The translations under genes and the position numbers were made by a program. A DNA stretch of 64,000 bases, taken from positions 352,001 through 416,000 of the forward strand of contig CAVUVW010000013.1 of NCBI GenBank assembly GCA_963745035.1, read 5' to 3'. Under the pieces are notes generated by a model. That model saw only the letters and a program-made list of their open reading frames with translations, was not told the DNA's origin and made no database searches. Positions 1 to 8,658 of the stretch are shown piece after piece; position 1 is the first letter of the stretch; the number at the start of each line of letters is the position of its first letter. This stretch comes from an uncultured delta proteobacterium (GTDB taxonomy: Bacteria; Desulfobacterota; Binatia; UBA9968).

Positions 1-123
1 CGGCTCGTTGCGCCCGTTGGGCTAGTGTTCGGCCCAGGACTTCCGAAGTTGATCGTCGGTAATGGATATGGCTAAGCACCTTTGGGCCGTGGACTTGAAT
101 GGCGCTCTCCGGCTCAGGTGTTG

Positions 124-432
124 TTAGAGGGTGTAGGACAGGTCCAAAGAGCCAATTTCTTTGAGAGAGTGTTCCCTGTGGTGGTGCAGTACACAGTAGA
201 TGTGGCGGCAGAAAGCGGCATCGTCGATGAGAAGTGTACCGAGATAGTTCAACCCTTCGTACTCAGTGTACAAATGGCAGGTAAAACCTAGCATTGACGA
301 GTAGGAAACCCGTTTCAGGATTCCTACTTCACCTGAAAGAATTTTGTTCCGAGGGGCGTCTATCGGACTCCAACGCGGAGGCCAGATTGGCAGACCGTAG
401 TATCGCATCAGCGGGTGACTGCGAAGTTCCAC
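124..432 (-). CDS. hypothetical protein (102 aa)
   Basis: ORF with GTG start and globular-looking composition (MELRSHPLM..WPP.W..GEVGIL..IGSLDLSYTL); function unknown. Confidence 0.6.
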   Translation of the reverse strand: MELRSHPLMRYYGLPIWPPRWSPIDAPRNKILSGEVGILKRVSYSSMLGFTCHLYTEYEGLNYLGTLLIDDAAFCRHIYCVLHHHREHSLKEIGSLDLSYTL

Positions 433-1147
433 TGATCTGACTTAGATCACAAATGCTTGGGTGTGGTAAAGGGTTTGACGACGCATGCTGGTTTCTGATG
501 ACCAAAAATTCTGCTCAGAATCTTCACTCTATTAAAAGCCAATGTAGGCCGTTCGATCAAAGAAATCGGCCGACTTGGATTTGTCGCATACCTTTTGATT
601 CCCAGGACAACACACTATTGCCCCACCACCCGGAGCTTGGGCAGCTAAAAGATCAACCCACTCGACGCGAAGAGCTTGTCCAGCAGATCAGCGACCTCAG
701 CCGGTTGTGCCGAGCAATAAAGACCGCGAATTAATCGCGCCGAGAGCTCGTACTCATCAACGCCTTCCATGCACAGCAACTCGCATCCGCGGGCTTGAAA
801 CCTGGCGGTATCCTTGGCGGCTTCGGTTTCGCGTCCACATCACTGTAGATGATCTGCCGGTGGGGAACCGTGCGCTCGGCCATTGGACTAAGGTCCAATA
901 TACACATCTGCAGCAGTTTGATAGTCAGACACACAATTGGGCGCGCATCTGCCTTTGGCGAGGCAGATTGATTCCAGCAGGCGATTCGACGTGCACACAC
1001 GGTAAATGGGATTCTTGCTGACGACGGCCCGACCCGAGATGAGGAGGTGCTGAATGTAAAGCACTCAACGCGGCCGACGCGATCGAGGTGCATGGTGCCG
1101 AGTATAACGAGTATAACAGGTGAAAACCAAAAATAAGGAGACAAACT

Positions 1148-2026
1148 ATGGAAAACCGACATGCAAGGAAAATTACGGTTTTCGTGCTCTGCTTGAATCT
1201 GATTATGACCATGGGAGTGTTCCTTCCGGACAGCGGCTACAGTCAGTTCCAGCCGGGCCAGAAACGCACCATCAAGGATGGCGAGAAACTCACAATTAAA
1301 GGTGTCATTCTCAATCGCGATGGTGAGCTGTTTCTGTTACGCGACATATCGCGCACCGATACGTTGGTTGCGTTAACCGACAAAACCGAAATAGAGGTCG
1401 AGCGTAAGGGGCTATTTCGCCGGGACAAGCGTATGGATGCAACCGTGCTCGTGCCCGGCCTCATCCTGGAGGTCGAGGGCAAGGGTGCTGGAGGTCGTCT
1501 GGTGGCCGATGAGATTGAGTTCACGGAAGCTGACCTCAAGGCGGCGATAACCGCGTACGCTCAAACCGCTCCGGTAAATAAGAAACTCTCAGAGAACGAC
1601 CAAAAACTTGCGCAGACGAGCAAGGAAGTTGTAGACACCAACAAGCGAATTGATGAGATCGATCAGTATGAGCTTGTGAATGTTGTGACGGTGCCTTTTG
1701 CCGCGAACAGCGCTAAGCTCTCGGATAAGGCGAGGGCGCAACTGGATGATCTCGCTTCGAAGGCACCCGGCGCGAAGAATTATCTGATAGAAGTCAAAGG
1801 TTACACCGATGTGACCGGCAAGTCTTCAAAGAATCTTGAACTGAGCCTTGACCGCTCTGAGGCAGTCGTGCAGTACTTGGCGGCGAAGCACAACATTCCA
1901 CTACGGCGCATGACCATACCTATGGGCTATGGCGGAACTAAAAGCGGAGCGAAGACCACAAAAGGTCGTGAGGCGGAAAACCGGGTGGACGTCGCCATTC
2001 TGGTCAACAAGGGGCTGAGTAAGTAA
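1148..2026 (+). CDS. OmpA-family peptidoglycan-binding protein with an N-terminal DUF5666-like beta domain
   Basis: AAGGAG RBS; signal peptide; C-terminal OmpA motifs F..NSAKLS, GYTD..G....NL.LS..R...V..YL, NRVDV. Confidence 0.9.
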   Translation: MENRHARKITVFVLCLNLIMTMGVFLPDSGYSQFQPGQKRTIKDGEKLTIKGVILNRDGELFLLRDISRTDTLVALTDKTEIEVERKGLFRRDKRMDATVLVPGLILEVEGKGAGGRLVADEIEFTEADLKAAITAYAQTAPVNKKLSENDQKLAQTSKEVVDTNKRIDEIDQYELVNVVTVPFAANSAKLSDKARAQLDDLASKAPGAKNYLIEVKGYTDVTGKSSKNLELSLDRSEAVVQYLAAKHNIPLRRMTIPMGYGGTKSGAKTTKGREAENRVDVAILVNKGLSK

Positions 2027-2096
2027 CGCGCGAGCAGAGCGCCGAAATAGTCACTCGTCGTTACACGTGAGCAGCATTTTGTAAGGTCCTGATGAG

Positions 2097-2128
2097 GGCG
2101 GATCGCTCCTTTTTCGGAGCGATCCGCC
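2097..2128 (+). other. perfect 13-bp hairpin downstream of the OmpA gene, flanked by CTGATGA and GAAAC
   Basis: GGCGGATCGCTCC-TTTTTC-GGAGCGATCCGCC seen directly; no U-tract follows. Confidence 0.8.
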
Positions 2129-2508
2129 ACTGAAACAGTCTGCAAAACGGTTCGCCACTAATCGTATCTGGCTCAGTTTGCCGGGCAGGAGGGGTACTCG
2201 TTTTCTTCGTTCGTTTCCTCGACGGATTCATTACCGCCGCCGCGGATCTCCCACGTCCCTGACAAATAACAATCGCCGCACATCAACATTAGAGTTGGTC
2301 GTTATCGGGGGCAGGTTTTTAAAGCTCTCAAAGTCAGGCGGCCGCGTATGGGAACGTTGGCTTCTTGACGTTCTCCGATAAATAGCGATATATCTCCGCC
2401 TCTTTCAGGAGGTATACCGTGACAGTGGGTAATTCATTTTTTAGTTCGCGGTGGGCTTCGTTTCCGTCTGCGCTTTGGGCGTGATCGTTTACGCTTAGGG
2501 AGGGACAT

Positions 2509-2589
2509 TTGACCGTGCGCCGATCACTTCTCTGGCTCGTGATCACGATTGTACTGGTCAGCGCCTGGACGGCTTACCTCTACGCCTGA
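2509..2589 (+). CDS. putative 26-aa single-TM microprotein (MTVRRSLLWLVITIVLVSAWTAYLYA)
   Basis: GGGAGGG RBS just upstream of TTG; basic N-terminus plus hydrophobic helix; below the ORF-track cutoff. Confidence 0.35.
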   Translation: MTVRRSLLWLVITIVLVSAWTAYLYA

Positions 2590-2593
2590 GCCC

Positions 2594-2713
2594 ATGGCCC
2601 GCTACTTCGCCAGATCCTGCCCGCGCTGCGGTGGTTACCTAGGCATCACGATGCATGAGCCGGCGAAGAAAACCGATGGCACTAGCTGCAAAGAAAAACT
2701 GGGGTTCCAATGA
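2594..2713 (+). pseudogene. truncated paralog of the CxxC small protein at 5080-5280
   Basis: MARYFARSCPRCGGYLGITM aligns with MARSFTRSCPRCGGYVGITM, then diverges; stop overlaps the PLD ATG (ATGA). Confidence 0.6.
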
Positions 2714-4308
2714 TCCGTACGAAAACTACGTACGGGTCTGAAGCGGGACCACTACGCAAAGGCGTCAAGCGATCCTGCCAGCGCAGGGCGCTGTACAAGA
2801 CGCTGCTGGCGCTTTCCGTCCTGCTAGCCGTCGGCTGCGCCGTTCTGACGAAGGACTATCCGCGCACAGAGTCGACCGCTTTCCCAGACCACGAGTCGAC
2901 AGCCATCGGTAAGCAAGTCGCCGCGCTTGCCGCGCAGCATCCCGGTCAGTCGGGATTCGCGCTCATCCGTCGAGGACGGCAGGCGTTCACGGCTCGGGTG
3001 GCACTGGCCGACCTCGCCGAAAAGACCCTCGACGTCCAGTACTTTCTGTGGGAGCGGGACGCCACGGGCCGCATCTTTGCCCAACATCTGCTCCGGGCCG
3101 CCGATCGCGGCGTGCGGGTTCGTATCCTGGTCGATGATGTCAACCTCGAGGACCGCGACGACAGTCTCGCGGCGCTCGACGCGCACCCGAACATCGAGAT
3201 CCGCATATTCAACCCCTTTCCGCATCGCTTCTCGCAGGTTCTCGGCTTCCTCACCGACTTCAATCGCGTCAATCATCGAATGCATAACAAGCTCGTAGTG
3301 CTGGACAACGCGCTGGCGATCGTCGGCGGGCGCAACATGAGCGACCACTACTTCGAGGTGGATCCGGTGTTCAACTTTCGCGACCTCGATATCGCTGCGG
3401 CCGGTCCCGTTGTCCGGGACCTGTCGAAAGTGTTCGACCGGTTCTGGAACGGCGAGTGGTCGGTGCCGGCCGCGGCGATGGTACACCGCCCCTACACCGA
3501 AGAAGACCTGCGCCTGCTCGCGCAACGCACCCGCGAACAACTCGCCAAAGTCCGGTATCCGCATCCCTTGGGCGAGGACCTGGCAAAGGTCAATGCAGAG
3601 TTTTCGACCATCCTCGACGGCTTCATATGGGCGCCGGGGCGGGTCGTGTTCGACGATCCGTCCGCGATCCACGATTCTAACGTACGCGTCATGCAGCGGG
3701 CGCTGGGCAACCGTCTCGAGCAATTGGAAAAGGAGCTACTGATCGAAGCGGCCTACTTCATCCCCTTGGCGCGCGGCGTTGAGATCGCCAAGAAACTGGT
3801 CGCGCGCGGCGTGCGGGTCCGCGTCGTTACCAACTCGCTAGCCTCCAACGATGTCCTGCCCGCCTTCGCCGGATATTCCATCAGCCGCAAAGACCTGATT
3901 CGGGCTGGTGTGGAGATCCACGAGGTGCGCTGGGAACCGGGCCCTCTGCGGAAAAAGCAGATTCTGCAGGGCTCCAAGACGGCTGTGCATACGAAGACGA
4001 TCGTGTTCGATCGCAAGGACGTATTCGTCGGCAGTTACAACATCGACGCTCGCTCGGCCACTATCAACACCGAAGCCGGTCTCTATGTGGAGAGCCCGGT
4101 GCTCGCCGCTCAGGTGGTCGAGTACTTGGACGAAGGGGCCGGCCCGGAAATCAGCTACCGGGTGCTGTTGGATAAGGACGACGACCTCTACTGGGTTGCC
4201 GCGGATGATGGCAAGCCCCTGCGCTGGAACACCGATCCGCTGACCACGCAATGGCAGCGCTTCAAAGCCGGTTTCTGGAGCGTCTTGCCGATCATCGAGC
4301 AGCTCTAA
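2710..4308 (+). CDS. phospholipase D family protein (cardiolipin synthase ClsC/YmdC-like), probable lipoprotein
   Basis: two HxKxxxxD motifs (HNKLVVLD, HTKTIVFD); GGRN; GSYN.D.RS..INTE; lipobox LAVGC. Confidence 0.92.
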   Translation: MIRTKTTYGSEAGPLRKGVKRSCQRRALYKTLLALSVLLAVGCAVLTKDYPRTESTAFPDHESTAIGKQVAALAAQHPGQSGFALIRRGRQAFTARVALADLAEKTLDVQYFLWERDATGRIFAQHLLRAADRGVRVRILVDDVNLEDRDDSLAALDAHPNIEIRIFNPFPHRFSQVLGFLTDFNRVNHRMHNKLVVLDNALAIVGGRNMSDHYFEVDPVFNFRDLDIAAAGPVVRDLSKVFDRFWNGEWSVPAAAMVHRPYTEEDLRLLAQRTREQLAKVRYPHPLGEDLAKVNAEFSTILDGFIWAPGRVVFDDPSAIHDSNVRVMQRALGNRLEQLEKELLIEAAYFIPLARGVEIAKKLVARGVRVRVVTNSLASNDVLPAFAGYSISRKDLIRAGVEIHEVRWEPGPLRKKQILQGSKTAVHTKTIVFDRKDVFVGSYNIDARSATINTEAGLYVESPVLAAQVVEYLDEGAGPEISYRVLLDKDDDLYWVAADDGKPLRWNTDPLTTQWQRFKAGFWSVLPIIEQL

Positions 4309-4649
4309 GGCCGATGCACGCGCTCACTGGTTTGGCTGATCGTGCACCTAATCGTTTTGAGCGCGCAGTCAATCCATTACGCGCCGTGGCGTGAGATGTC
4401 TGCACCGCCATGCGTGGGAGTTTTCGCGACTGGCGCAAATTTTTCTGCCCACACTAAGTCCGCTAAACCAAAATACCATCTCACCACCGAGGTCAGGAAG
4501 TACACGTGATTGCTTCTGATCTATAGGTGGTGTCAGCGCCGATTAGCCCGCAGAAAACTAAATGACTGCAAGCAGGTCGGACGCTAAATATTTGGTTGGC
4601 GGTGGCCGAGACGTGAGTGGGTTGAGATGGGGCCGAGCTAGTCGACCTT

Positions 4650-4799
4650 TTACGTTAACAGGTAAAACACGCCTCCAAAGAGGAGACCAAAATAGCTTGT
4701 CCAAAATAGCAGGAAGGGCCAATTAATTTCCCATGACCGGTGGGTAGATTTTGTGAGTTCAAGGCGATGAGCTAGGATTTGTTCGAGAATATTCCCCAT
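4650..4799 (-). CDS. putative 49-aa membrane microprotein (MGNILEQILAHRLELTKSTHRSWEINWPFLLFWTSYFGLLFGGVFYLLT)
   Basis: ATG with GGGAG upstream; C-terminal hydrophobic helix; directly downstream of a sigma54-type motif. Confidence 0.5.
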   Translation of the reverse strand: MGNILEQILAHRLELTKSTHRSWEINWPFLLFWTSYFGLLFGGVFYLLT

Positions 4800-4820
4800 A
4801 AGCGATAGTCTCCCGGCTCA

Positions 4821-4836
4821 CGCAACCGGTATGCCA
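4821..4836 (-). promoter_or_regulatory. putative sigma54 (-24/-12) promoter
   Basis: minus strand TGGCATACCGGTTGCG matches TGGCAC-N5-TTGC; IHF-like GAGGTCATTAAAATT about 25 nt upstream. Confidence 0.55.
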
Positions 4837-5029
4837 CGGCGTGTCTAGAAAAGTTTACGCAATTTTAATGACCTCAGGTAAGTTGTTGCCCGAGCAAAAA
4901 GTCGACGAATTGCGGAAGCCTGAAGAAAACGACAAAAATTTGTTCATGAGGCGACAGAACGAAAGTCTTGCAGGATGAAGCCACCGCTCGTGGCGCAGAT
5001 TAACTTTCAAGAGTGGAAGCCAGATGGAC

Positions 5030-5087
5030 ATCGGCCTGACGATTCCTCCGAACGTACTGGCGCGGGCGGATTAGGGTGATTAAGTAA
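5030..5087 (+). pseudogene. 3' remnant of an ABC substrate-binding protein gene (ABC_sub_bind type)
   Basis: translates IGLTIPPNVLARAD then, after a 1-nt shift, RVIK*, the characteristic C-terminus of this family; no upstream coding part seen. Confidence 0.7.
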
Positions 5088-5280
5088 ACCTCACAAGTTT
5101 TCTTTCCCCGCTCCGAGCGGTAAGTCGCTTTCCCCGAATCACAAGCCACGCCAGTCGATAAGTGCAATCGAAACAGCGGCCGTCCACCGCCTGCACCGGC
5201 ATGACCTTCGCCGACTGCCGCATTGTGATTCCGACATAGCCTCCGCAGCGTGGGCAGGATCTGGTGAAGGAACGGGCCAT
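5080..5280 (-). CDS. small zinc-ribbon-like protein (CPRC...CFDC)
   Basis: two CxxC motifs in 66 aa; partial paralog at 2594. Confidence 0.65.
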   Translation of the reverse strand: MARSFTRSCPRCGGYVGITMRQSAKVMPVQAVDGRCFDCTYRLAWLVIRGKRLTARSGERKLVRFT

Positions 5281-5294
5281 CGCTGATTCCAGAC

Positions 5295-5531
5295 TTATCC
5301 GTTGGCGCGCGGCTCAACTAATCGTCTAACTTCTTCAAATTGCGTTCTGGGAATGCCGATGTCGGCACAGAGACAGATGATCTGGTTCTCAACACTGCCC
5401 AGACCTGCCGAAGTAAGGGCGCGTTTGATGATGATCTGGCACATTAGCCGGCACACGTGTAAAGCATCGGGATCCGTGTTCCACTTGGGATACGAGTCTA
5501 GCCACGCTGCTCGGATTTCTCGGTCAGTCAT
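5295..5531 (-). CDS. hypothetical protein
   Basis: GAGGAGG RBS upstream of ATG 5531; co-oriented with its neighbours. Confidence 0.5.
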   Translation of the reverse strand: MTDREIRAAWLDSYPKWNTDPDALHVCRLMCQIIIKRALTSAGLGSVENQIICLCADIGIPRTQFEEVRRLVEPRANG

Positions 5532-5551
5532 GGGTGAGTTATCCCTCCTTT

Positions 5552-6115
5552 TCACCGCGCTTCGGGATCAGTAGTTTCGTTTGCAGGTTCCCCGTCCGAA
5601 TACGGGAGTTTGTGCGCCAGGCGCAGATGCCATTTCCTGAAACGCGCAGGAGTGGAATTGGTCCAGCGCTTGAAAGCTCTGTTGAACGAGCTGACTTCCG
5701 AATAACCCAGATGATGCGCGATATCGGTCAGCTTATTTTTCGAATCCCTGAGTAGATCCATGGCGAGCCGCCGTCGTGCGTCGTCGAGCAATTTGGTAAA
5801 GTCGACTCCGTCTCTGTATAGCCGCCGTTCCAGAGTTCGGGGCGTGAGGCCAAATGCATCGGCGACACGGCGCAGCTGCGGCGTTCCGTCTTTTAAAGAG
5901 TCAAGGATCATTTTCCGAACGGACTCGAGAAACGGAATTTCCACAGGCCCAACGGTGCTTGGCGCATTGAAGATCTCTTGGGCGACTCGATACAGACCTT
6001 CCTCTGGTTCCGGCATCGATCGAGTGACAGTGCCTAATTCAACCCGCCCAATTCCGATAACGAGTAAACCGTTCTCGATTTCGGGCCATTGATATAATCT
6101 GATCTTAAAACCCAT
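5552..6115 (-). CDS. AraC-family transcriptional regulator (C-terminal double HTH, short N-terminus)
   Basis: VADAFGLTPRTLERRL...IAHHLGYSEVSSFNRAFKRWTNSTP.RFR AraC signature. Confidence 0.9.
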   Translation of the reverse strand: MGFKIRLYQWPEIENGLLVIGIGRVELGTVTRSMPEPEEGLYRVAQEIFNAPSTVGPVEIPFLESVRKMILDSLKDGTPQLRRVADAFGLTPRTLERRLYRDGVDFTKLLDDARRRLAMDLLRDSKNKLTDIAHHLGYSEVSSFNRAFKRWTNSTPARFRKWHLRLAHKLPYSDGEPANETTDPEAR

Positions 6116-6125
6116 AATTCTCTAA

Positions 6126-6220
6126 ATAAGCGCTTTCACCGAAACTTTCTTGACAGCAAACGACAGATTATTGACAGTTGCGCCCCGTCTTGAACCGGAG
6201 ACGACGAACTCCCGGCTAAA
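6126..6220. repeat. upstream element, copy 1 (about 95 bp), 5' of the AraC gene
   Basis: ATAAGCGCTTTCACCGAAA..TTGACAGCAAACGACAGATTATTGACAGTTG..GGAGACGAC..CGGCTAAA; near-identical to 6801-6897. Confidence 0.9.
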
Positions 6221-6477
6221 CTAGGCCGCTTCAATCGTGGGAGGCCTTTGCGCTGAGGAACAATAGAAAAACAATAGAAATGGAGGAGAACCGCTCTATG
6301 GATCTAGATAACCGCTGAGTCAAGACGTAGACCTGGGTTTTGATCCAGCATTTGACTGCTTATGCCTGCGGGCGTGGATTTCTAACTCTCTCCGGTTACC
6401 ACCTTTCTTTACTTCCCAGGTGCGCTCCGTGATCGAAGCCTTTGAATTTCTGGATGATGCACTGATGGCTTAGACAA

Positions 6478-6687
6478 TTAGTGCAACACCGCCGCTTTCA
6501 AGAGTTGCTCCATTCGTTCGTGGACAATCCGAATCACCTGCCACAGATCATTGGTTGAATGTGACAGTTCATACGAGACTTGTTCTTTTGCTACTTTAAG
6601 CAGGCATTGTGCGTCCGGTTCAGTGGAAAGCTTCACAAGCAAGTCTTTAAATGCGAGTTCCACTTCTGCGTCGATCTCTACTTGCAT
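6478..6687 (-). CDS. hypothetical protein (69 aa, helical)
   Basis: GGAG RBS before ATG 6687; lies downstream of repeat copy 2. Confidence 0.55.
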   Translation of the reverse strand: MQVEIDAEVELAFKDLLVKLSTEPDAQCLLKVAKEQVSYELSHSTNDLWQVIRIVHERMEQLLKAAVLH

Positions 6688-6800
6688 GGACACTCCATAT
6701 TTCCGTGTGCGTGCCCGGCACCTGCTCACAGGTGGCAGCACGTTATCTTCTAACGACGAAGTGTGACTCGTATACAGCAAGCCGGCCTAGAGATTCTAAT

Positions 6801-6897
6801 ATAAGCGTTTTCACCGAAAGCTTTCTTGACAGAAAACGACAGATTATTGACTGTTGCCCTCCCCTCTGGATCTGGAGACGACAACCTCTCGGCTAAA
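6801..6897. repeat. upstream element, copy 2
   Basis: direct repeat of 6126-6220, roughly 85% identical by eye. Confidence 0.9.
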
Positions 6898-7210
6898 ATA
6901 CGTCGGTCAACAGGGTGTGAGTCGAATAGGATTCGCCGTTACGAGCTTTCCCCGGACGCCCTCCTGCGCTCACGCTTGCTTGGGTTTTGCGGTCGAACAT
7001 TGTTTCGGCGCGAGCAGCTCCGTCGTGATCTCGGACAGCTAGCCGACGTCGTTGCTTGGTAATTCCGGCGTTCCACAGCCGGTGAAGGTCAATAGCGGGC
7101 CGGTTGGCCACGCACGCTGAGGTGGGCCATTCCAAAACTGCCGGAAAAGTGGCTTGTACTCGATTACGCTATCGTTCTATTTTCTATTAATAACTTCTCG
7201 GAGGTGCGAT

Positions 7211-8047
7211 ATGACGCGTTATCTGATCCTGGCTAATCAAACCGCGGCGAGCCCGGAGCTGACCGCGGTGATCAAAGAGATCGTTGCCAACAATGCCGAG
7301 GCGGAGTTCGCCCTGCTGGTTCCCGCCACGCCGGTAGAGGATTTGCTGGACTGGCAGGAAGGCGACGCCGAAACCATCGCGACGCGCACCGCCCAGGCGG
7401 CGAAGGATCATCTCGAGCGAGTGGGCGCAAAAGTCGCGCGCACCGAAGTGGGTGACCCTTCGCCGATCAAGGCCATCGAAAACGTCCTGGAACATCAACA
7501 GACAAAGTACGACGAAATCATCATCTCCACGTTGCCGCTACAACGATCGCGCTGGGTCGCCCTCGACCAGCCGCGACGCATCGAGCGGCGTTTCAACATT
7601 CCCGTCCGGCACGTCGTCGGTCATTCGATCACGATGAGCCGCGAGGAACTCATCAACGGATTGAATGACGATCTTAACCTCGAACTCGAAGCGCTATTAC
7701 GAAGCGTCTATCATGCCGCCTCCGGCCGCGGCATGCTCGGTCACGAGCTCCGTGAGTTGCTGAAAAAAGAATTGCCCAGCGAGCTCGACCACGCCACGTT
7801 CCTCGCCGACAAGATCGTCGCGCTCGGCGGCGAAGTGCGGATTTGCCCCACGATGCCGGTGGAAATCAGTACGGCGCGGGACTTGTTGCAGCAAAACATC
7901 GCCGCCGAGCGTAAAATCATCGCCAACTACGCCAAGCGGATCGATCAGGCGGCGGAGTACGGCGACAAAGGCCTGGCGATCCGCCTGGAAAATATCCTCG
8001 CGTCGGAGACCGACCATCTCGAGCAGCTCGAACGGCTGGGCCGGTAG
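7211..8047 (+). CDS. fusion of a USP-like N-terminal domain and a ferritin/bacterioferritin-like four-helix domain
   Basis: GGAGG RBS; N-domain RYLILANQTA..LLVPATP..VGDP.P..AI..DEIIISTLP..SRW; C-domain with E, ExxH (ELDH), E, ExxH (ETDH) diiron-type ligands. Confidence 0.85.
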   Translation: MTRYLILANQTAASPELTAVIKEIVANNAEAEFALLVPATPVEDLLDWQEGDAETIATRTAQAAKDHLERVGAKVARTEVGDPSPIKAIENVLEHQQTKYDEIIISTLPLQRSRWVALDQPRRIERRFNIPVRHVVGHSITMSREELINGLNDDLNLELEALLRSVYHAASGRGMLGHELRELLKKELPSELDHATFLADKIVALGGEVRICPTMPVEISTARDLLQQNIAAERKIIANYAKRIDQAAEYGDKGLAIRLENILASETDHLEQLERLGR

Positions 8048-8273
8048 ACCCTTGGATCACGGTTCGTTGAGGAAGGGAGGAAGTTTTTCGCGATTCAGCA
8101 CCAGATCGCGGGCTTCTTACAAGCTCGCCGACCTCATCTAAGTACGCGCAGGCGCCCGCCACCGCAGTGCGGCGGATTAGAAGCGCCGTTGTGCGGCAAA
8201 GGCGAAAACGTCATCAAGACCAGCAAGACATCTATCGAAGAAACTCGAAGAGCAGATACATAATAAGAGCCTT

Positions 8274-8658
8274 CTACCAAATGGCCTCGGCCAGCCAATC
8301 GGTAGCTAACTTTGCGTTGTCAAAGGCTGCAATCTTGAAACCTCGGTTGGCGAGCGAAGCGGCTAACGATAAAAGCTGCGGCTGTGACTCGGAGGCAGAT
8401 ACCAGCGCGAACTTTGCTGCCGTGGAACCATTCATCCGACGCGCATTCGTTAACGAGAAGTCGGATGCCCAAAGGATCTAATCGCAGTTGCGCATCACTA
8501 AGATCGATCAAGAGCTTACAGTTTGCGACTGTCTCGGTTAGCGCTTTGATTTTGTGCAAAATCTCTTTCAATTCTCCCAGGTTGAGGCAATCTTGTATGC
8601 TGATGTTTACATGACTCTCCTGTCCCGCCCAAGGGTATGCTCTTATCCGGTAGTTCAT
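8274..8658 (-). CDS. SpoIIAA/STAS-like hypothetical protein (frameshift at about 8409)
   Basis: GGAGG RBS; MNYRIRA..KLLIDLSDA..SKV, then after a +1 shift ALVS..NRGFKIAAFDNAKLATDWLAEAIW*. Confidence 0.6.

Noticed and set aside
453-1162. Overlapping ORFs on both strands upstream of OmpA
   Set aside because: No motifs, no RBS and unprotein-like composition; possibly decayed coding DNA but not assignable.
6260-6280. Tandem ACAATAGAAA duplication (also GAGTATAAC twice near 1100)
   Set aside because: Only two copies each; consistent with chance or slippage.
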